In this document: piece after piece, positions 52,651 through 64,000 of the stretch
Layout: each line of letters starts with the position of its first letter
Position numbering within the stretch: the stretch's first letter is position 1
Origin: the human T2T-CHM13v2.0 reference genome, Homo sapiens
Assembly (NCBI RefSeq): GCF_009914755.1
Contig: NC_060932.1
Length of the DNA stretch: 64,000 bases
Strand: one strand, 5' to 3'
Notes under the pieces: model-generated
Databases searched by the model: none
What the model was told of the DNA's origin: nothing
The model's input: the letters and a program-made list of their open reading frames with translations, nothing else
Translations under genes and position numbers: made by a program

Positions 52651-53739
52651 GATTAAATACTAATTTTGGATATTTTGGTGAAAATTTAACCGAGAATTTG
52701 AAGAAAAATAGGAATACATTTATGGTGTTACTAATCATTTAAAAATGCACAGAAGATACTTAAGAAGTAATTATAGACTTACAGACCATAATATCTTTCC
52801 AATATAAGAATTTAGGAAAATCAAGGGAATGTTTTTAACTATAGCTTCCTACCCTTCTCCTTCAGTCTTCCTAGTTTTGCCACTGTTTTTGTTTATACTG
52901 ATAAGTCTTAATTGACTTATACCTACAGTCAGCTTTGGTTTTCTCCATTACAGTGTACAGAGAAGTGGCTCTGGTTGACAAAATTCTGTCTCCCTGTATC
53001 TCTGATCTTTCTGAGCTCCAGTTTTCCTAGGAGATCCTGATCTTCTCTATGATCAGAAAAAAAGAAAATTAAATTTTGAAGCCTAATATTAGAAAGCTTT
53101 TCTTCCCTAGAATATAAATTGAATTTTTCCCTCTTCCCCTGCAGATGGTGGTGACACCATCATATTTTCAGGAGAACACTAACATTTTCTCTATTACCCT
53201 CATGTCCCAATATTGTCCATCAGATTAATGGCAGGTGGCTCAAATAATTGGTTGAACACTTGATGCCTGAACTACTTGCTCAATAAATCTCACTTTTAGT
53301 ACATTCAGAGTTTCTTTTAAAATAAATTATTTCTACATTTATTAAGTACATATCTCAAATAGAAATAGGAGAAGGCGCATGACAGAAACAGAGTAACACC
53401 ACTAACTTGTCTATTGTTATATTTAAAACAGAATTGAGATGATGAAAAAATTCTTCATCTGTGTTCTAACACAGGGAAACCTGAAACTGTAGTTAAAACA
53501 CTGAAAAGAATCTGATCAACTGGAAGTCTTCATTACACATATCCATAGACCCTCTTCCTTTACCTTCTGTAAGAGATTTTATTCAAGTTCACTGCTCAGG
53601 GAGTCAATTGTGCTGTCTGTACCAGTAAAATGACAAGAGAAAATCCAAAGGACACCTTCAGTTTGAAAATAAATCTAAAGGACTAGAACTCACCTCACTA
53701 AATGCACTTCTGGAAAATGTGTATTATTTCAGTCTCAGC

Positions 53740-54005
53740 TTCAGTTTCTACTCCTCTGTGAAGCTCTTTTCAATTATCCAGGGGCAGATGGAGTAACTGC
53801 TTCCTGGGCTCAATTAGTACCTTCCATGCTACGCATATGTTCTCTGGAACTGTTCATACTATTTCATAATTATTTGTTTCTATGTTTGTCTGAACTTGTG
53901 GGGTCTAGATTCAAATAAAATCGTGACAATGGATAATTGATCTGTGTATAATCAGTCCACATCAAGTGATTTTTTAAAAAGTTGTTGAATGAATTAATTA
54001 ATAAA
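53740..54005 (+). mobile_element. L2 3' end
   Basis: ctcctctgtgaagc...ataattatttgttt...gttgttgaatgaat. Confidence 0.55.
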
Positions 54006-54955
54006 TGATAACCAATGTTAGTTTTCAAAAAAAAATCTATCACAGAGATCATGATTTAATGGTATCCAACAGATTATTTAACAAAAAGAATTCAAAGCAA
54101 ACAAAAAAGATTAAAAATCATCTTTTTCTCTGATCCATTTAGACGATGAATATATTTCCATTTCAGTTAATAAAGAAGTTTATATTTTCAACATTCTAAA
54201 AAAAGTGAATGTTTATGTTTAAGTTATTTCCATTTGAAAATCATGTAGACTTGCAGGAAGAGGTTGTCAGCAACGATTGTTCGAGACTTACATGCTCATG
54301 ACTGCAGGACTGATCAATCCCAGAGATAGTAGCGCACTGGAGAGATTACCAGTGCAATGGGACATATATTTTCTAAATATGGTTTCACATCAGGCAAGTA
54401 AAACAACTAGATAAATAAAAATGTAGATAATTCAATTTTAAAAAAATGAGTACGTCATTGTCTAAAGTCTTTGTTAATTTTTATCAAAATGTATTTCCTC
54501 TTGAAAATAACTCGATCTTTTGGACTCTAGAATAAAATGAAGGGCAACCAAAGGTCATATTATTCTGTTGAATATGACACAATTGTCCACTTCCTGGCAG
54601 TATCTTTTCCTGTTCTTGTCATTTCATTTCCTCCATGCAGCTAGCCAACTTTTCTACACTTTCTTAGCTATATTACTTAAAACACACTCCTTTTTAATTC
54701 CTTTGTAAAGTAACTATCATATTCTCCATAATTCCTTTTGTATATAATATTTGTTACGTGGTCCTCAAAAAGGATATGTATGTATTAGATATTAACTACT
54801 GAATATTAGACATTATTTAGATGTTGTCCTAAAACTCAAGAAATAATAGAAAAGCCTTACATAAAATAAATTTTCTAAAATTAAATAAGCAAAGGTCATC
54901 CTAAAAATGATATTTAGAAGTACTGCACCTCAACTGAATCTAAAATCAGAAAATT

Positions 54956-60855
<5,900 letters not shown>

Positions 60856-61498
60856 TCTTTATTATAGACATTTCTGATAGATTTTCTAGCTTTTTAAATT
60901 AGAATAAAACATACACAATACATTAAATAATTCACTGAAAAGCCATTTTAATAAAATAAAGCTATTACCAATGAGGAAATAAATCTTTCCAATGTTATAT
61001 AAAAATAAGTAAAGTATAATATATTTTTCTTTTCACTGCTGTCATGGTTTAGGTGCAGAATTGCTGTATGGATTGCTTCCAAGATGTTACAGCAAAAGAT
61101 ACGAGAAAATTTTAACCAGAGAAATAATTTATCCATAGCATTTAATCTATATATGCTTTAATATTACAATTAAATTATTATCTAAAGTAATAGGAATCTC
61201 TGAAGATTGTCAATTTTAAACTTAAAAATAGAAAAGGATGGTAATTAGCAGTGTAATGAAGATCGTACATGGTCAGTCAATGTGATTTGCAACTTCAGAA
61301 ATACAGCTTTGAAGTTAATTCAACAGTTATAAAAGAGGAAGAGTTTTAGATTACAAGTATAGCAGATAAACTTTTCCATATTATATACCATGCTTCATTG
61401 AACTGAATATCCAATGAAAGCAGAAAATATTGTAAACAAAATTTTGGTGAACATCTTAAGTCAGAATATTAAATCTTGGTCTCTTAGTCATATAAGTG

Positions 61499-63766
61499 TG
61501 CATTACTCCATTTTCATGCTGCTGATAAGAACATACAAAAGACTAGGCAATTTACAAAAGAAAGAAGTTTAATGGACTTACATTCTACATGGCTGGGGAG
61601 GCCTCACGATTATGGTGGAAGGTAAGGAGGAGTAAGTCACATCTTACTGGAAAGCAGCAGGCAGAAAGAGAGCTTGTGCAGAGAAACTCCATTTTTAATA
61701 CCATCAGATCTCATGAGACTTATTCACTATCATGAAAACAGCACAGGAAAGACCTGCCCCCATGATTCATTTACCTCACACTGGATCCCTCCCACAACAC
61801 GTGGGAATTCAAGATGAGATTTGGGTTTGGACACAGCCAAACCATACCATTCCACCCCGGCCCCTTGCAAATCTCATGTCCTCACATTTCATACCAAATG
61901 TCTTCCCAACAGTCTCCCAAAGTCTTAACTCATTACAGCATTAACTCAAAATTCCACAGTCCAAAGTCTCATCCAAGACAAAGCAAGATCCTTCAGCCTA
62001 TGAGCCTGTAAAATCAAAAGTGAGTTAGTTACTTCCTAGATACAATGGGGGTACAGACATTGGGGTAAATACAGCCATTCTAAATCAGAGAAATTGGCCA
62101 AAACAAAGGGGCTACAGGCCTCATGCAAGTCCAAAATTCAGCAATGCAGTCAAATCTTAAAGCTCCAAAATGATCCCCTCTGACTCCATGTGCCATATCC
62201 AGGTCACGCTGATTCAAGAGGTGGGTTCCCATGGTCTTGGACAGATCTGCCTCTGTGGCTTTGCAGGGTACAGCCTCCCTCCTAGCTGCTTTCATGGGAC
62301 GGTGTTGAGTGTTTGTGGCTTTTCTAGGAGCATGGTACAAGCTGTCAGTGGATCTACCATTCTGGGGTCTGAAGGATGGTATCCCTCTTCTCACAGATTC
62401 ACTAGGCAGTGCCCCATTAGGGACTCTATGTGGGGACTCCAACCACACATTTCCCTTTCACACTGCCCTAGCAGAGGTTCTCCATGAGAGCCCCTGCAGC
62501 AAAATTCTGCCTGGACATCCAGGCATTTCCACACATCCTCTGAAATTTAGGTGGAGATTCCCAAACCTCAATTCTTGACTTCTGTGCACCTGCAGGCTCA
62601 ACACCATGTAGACGCTGCCAATGCTTGGGGCTTACCCCCTTTGAAGCTATGGACCCCTGTACCTGGGCCCCTTTTAGTCACAGCTGGAGTGGCTGGGATG
62701 CAAGGCACCAAGTCCTTAGACTGCACATAGCATGGGGACCCTGTGCCCAGCCAACAAAACCATTATTTCCTCCTAGGCCTCCAGGCCTGTGATTAGAGGG
62801 GCTGCCATGAAGACCTCTGATGTGCCCTGGAGACATTTTTTTCATTGTCTTAGGGATGAACATTTGGCTCCTGATTACTTATGCAAGTTTCTGCAGTGAG
62901 CTTGAATTTATCCTCAGAAAATGGGATTTTCTTTCCTATTGCATTGTCAGGCTGCGAGTTTTTTGAACTTTTCTGCTCTGTTTCCCTTTTAAAACTGAAC
63001 GCCTTTAACAGTACCCAAGTCACCTCTTGAATGCTTTGCTGCTTAGAAATTTCTTCTGCCAGATATCCTAAATCATCTCTCTCTATTTCAAAGTTCCACA
63101 AATCACTACTGCAGTGGCAAAATGCCACCAATCTCTTTGCTAAAACATAACAAGAGTCACCTTTGCTCCAGTTCCAAACAAGTTTCTCATCTCCATCTGA
63201 GACCACCTCAGCTTGAACCTTATTGTTCATATCATTATCAGCATTTTTGTCAAAACCATTCAACAAGTCTCTGGAAGTTCTAAACTTTCCCACATTTTCC
63301 TGTCTTCTGAGCCCCCCAAACTGTTCCAACCTCTGCCTACTACCCAGTTCCAAAGTTGCTTACACATTTTTGGGTATCTTTTCAGTAACACCCCACTCCT
63401 GGTACTGATTTACTGTATTATTCCTTTTTCATGCAGCTGATAAAGACAAACCTGAGACTGGGAAATTTACAAAAGAAAGAAGTTTAATGGACTTACAGTT
63501 CCACATGATGGGGGAAGCCTCAAAATCATGGCGGAAGGCAAGGAGGAGCAAGTCACATCTTACATGGATGGCAGCAGGCAAAAAGAGAGCTTGTGCAGGG
63601 AAACTCCAGTTTTTAAAACCATCAGATATCATGAGACTTATTCAGTATCACAAGACAGCACGGGAAAGACCTGCCCCCGTGTTTCAATTACCTCCCACCA
63701 GGTTCCTCCCACAACACATGGGAATTCAAGATGAGATTTGAGTGGGGACACAGTCAAACCATATCA
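61499..63766 (-). mobile_element. Complete THE1A MaLR provirus (3' LTR 61499-61849, internal 61850-63413, 5' LTR 63414-63766)
   Basis: Two ~350-bp LTRs. Internal MaLR ORF remnant (QAEVVSDGDEKL.WNWSKGDSCYVLAKRL). Perfect TSD AAGTG at 61494-61498 and 63767-63771. Confidence 0.96.
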
Positions 63767-64000
63767 AAGTGCATAAGTGTTTGAAGAGATTTTCTTTAAA
63801 AATAAAAATAATCATTTTTTAAAATCTTAGAATTATAGAACTCTACTAAGGTATAGACTTGATGTGTTTCTCGTAGAATGCATGTACCTTGAGTTCTTGC
63901 GATGCATGAGTTTAAGCAAGTTAAAGTAACCATCTATGTTTTTAATACACCATATTAAACTTTGGTTGAGAATGCACGGGATGAAATAAACAATGAGAAA

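Noticed and set aside
53145-53234. Strong acceptor (ccctcttcccctgcag/ATG)
   Set aside because: Stops in all three frames and only a weak donor.
54292-54336. Possible 45-nt minus-strand exon ending CAT/gtaagt
   Set aside because: Short pyrimidine tract, unrecognised peptide and no supporting exons.
62850-63353. Longest ORF in the window (167 aa) as a domesticated gene
   Set aside because: It is a THE1 internal ORF fragment with frameshifted ends, and there is no evidence of selection.

Overview
Human (or at least hominine) genomic DNA. The species call rests on an AluYb8 with its diagnostic 7-bp duplication. The window is AT-rich, dense in interspersed repeats and apparently non-coding. I find no supportable protein-coding gene, RNA gene, CpG island or CRISPR array, and every recognisable ORF in the track comes from Alu, L1, MaLR/ERV or microsatellite sequence. 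Contents: about a dozen Alus and Alu monomers, L1s of many ages (including a 5.9-kb L1M with ORF1/ORF2 remnants), L2/MIR, MER5 and MADE DNA elements, a complete THE1A provirus, an ERVL integrase fossil with its LTR, and several nested LTR stacks. The most interesting structures not explained by routine repeat annotation are: (1) a probable mRNA 3'UTR retrocopy at 17-905; (2) an L1PA3 with a twin-primed 5' inversion and an apparent 72-bp 3' transduction; (3) a ~200-bp local templated duplication pasted into an old L1 ORF1; (4) a 34-bp-stem, pre-miRNA-sized hairpin at 45716-45801; (5) a ~31-bp micro-L1 with a 16-bp TSD; (6) a candidate 21-nt microexon; (7) an E-box-bearing palindromic minisatellite. 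All repeat names are from memory of consensus sequences, not from a search. Subfamily calls and boundaries of old elements are approximate. I could not identify the locus and saw no evidence of a wholly new multi-gene system.
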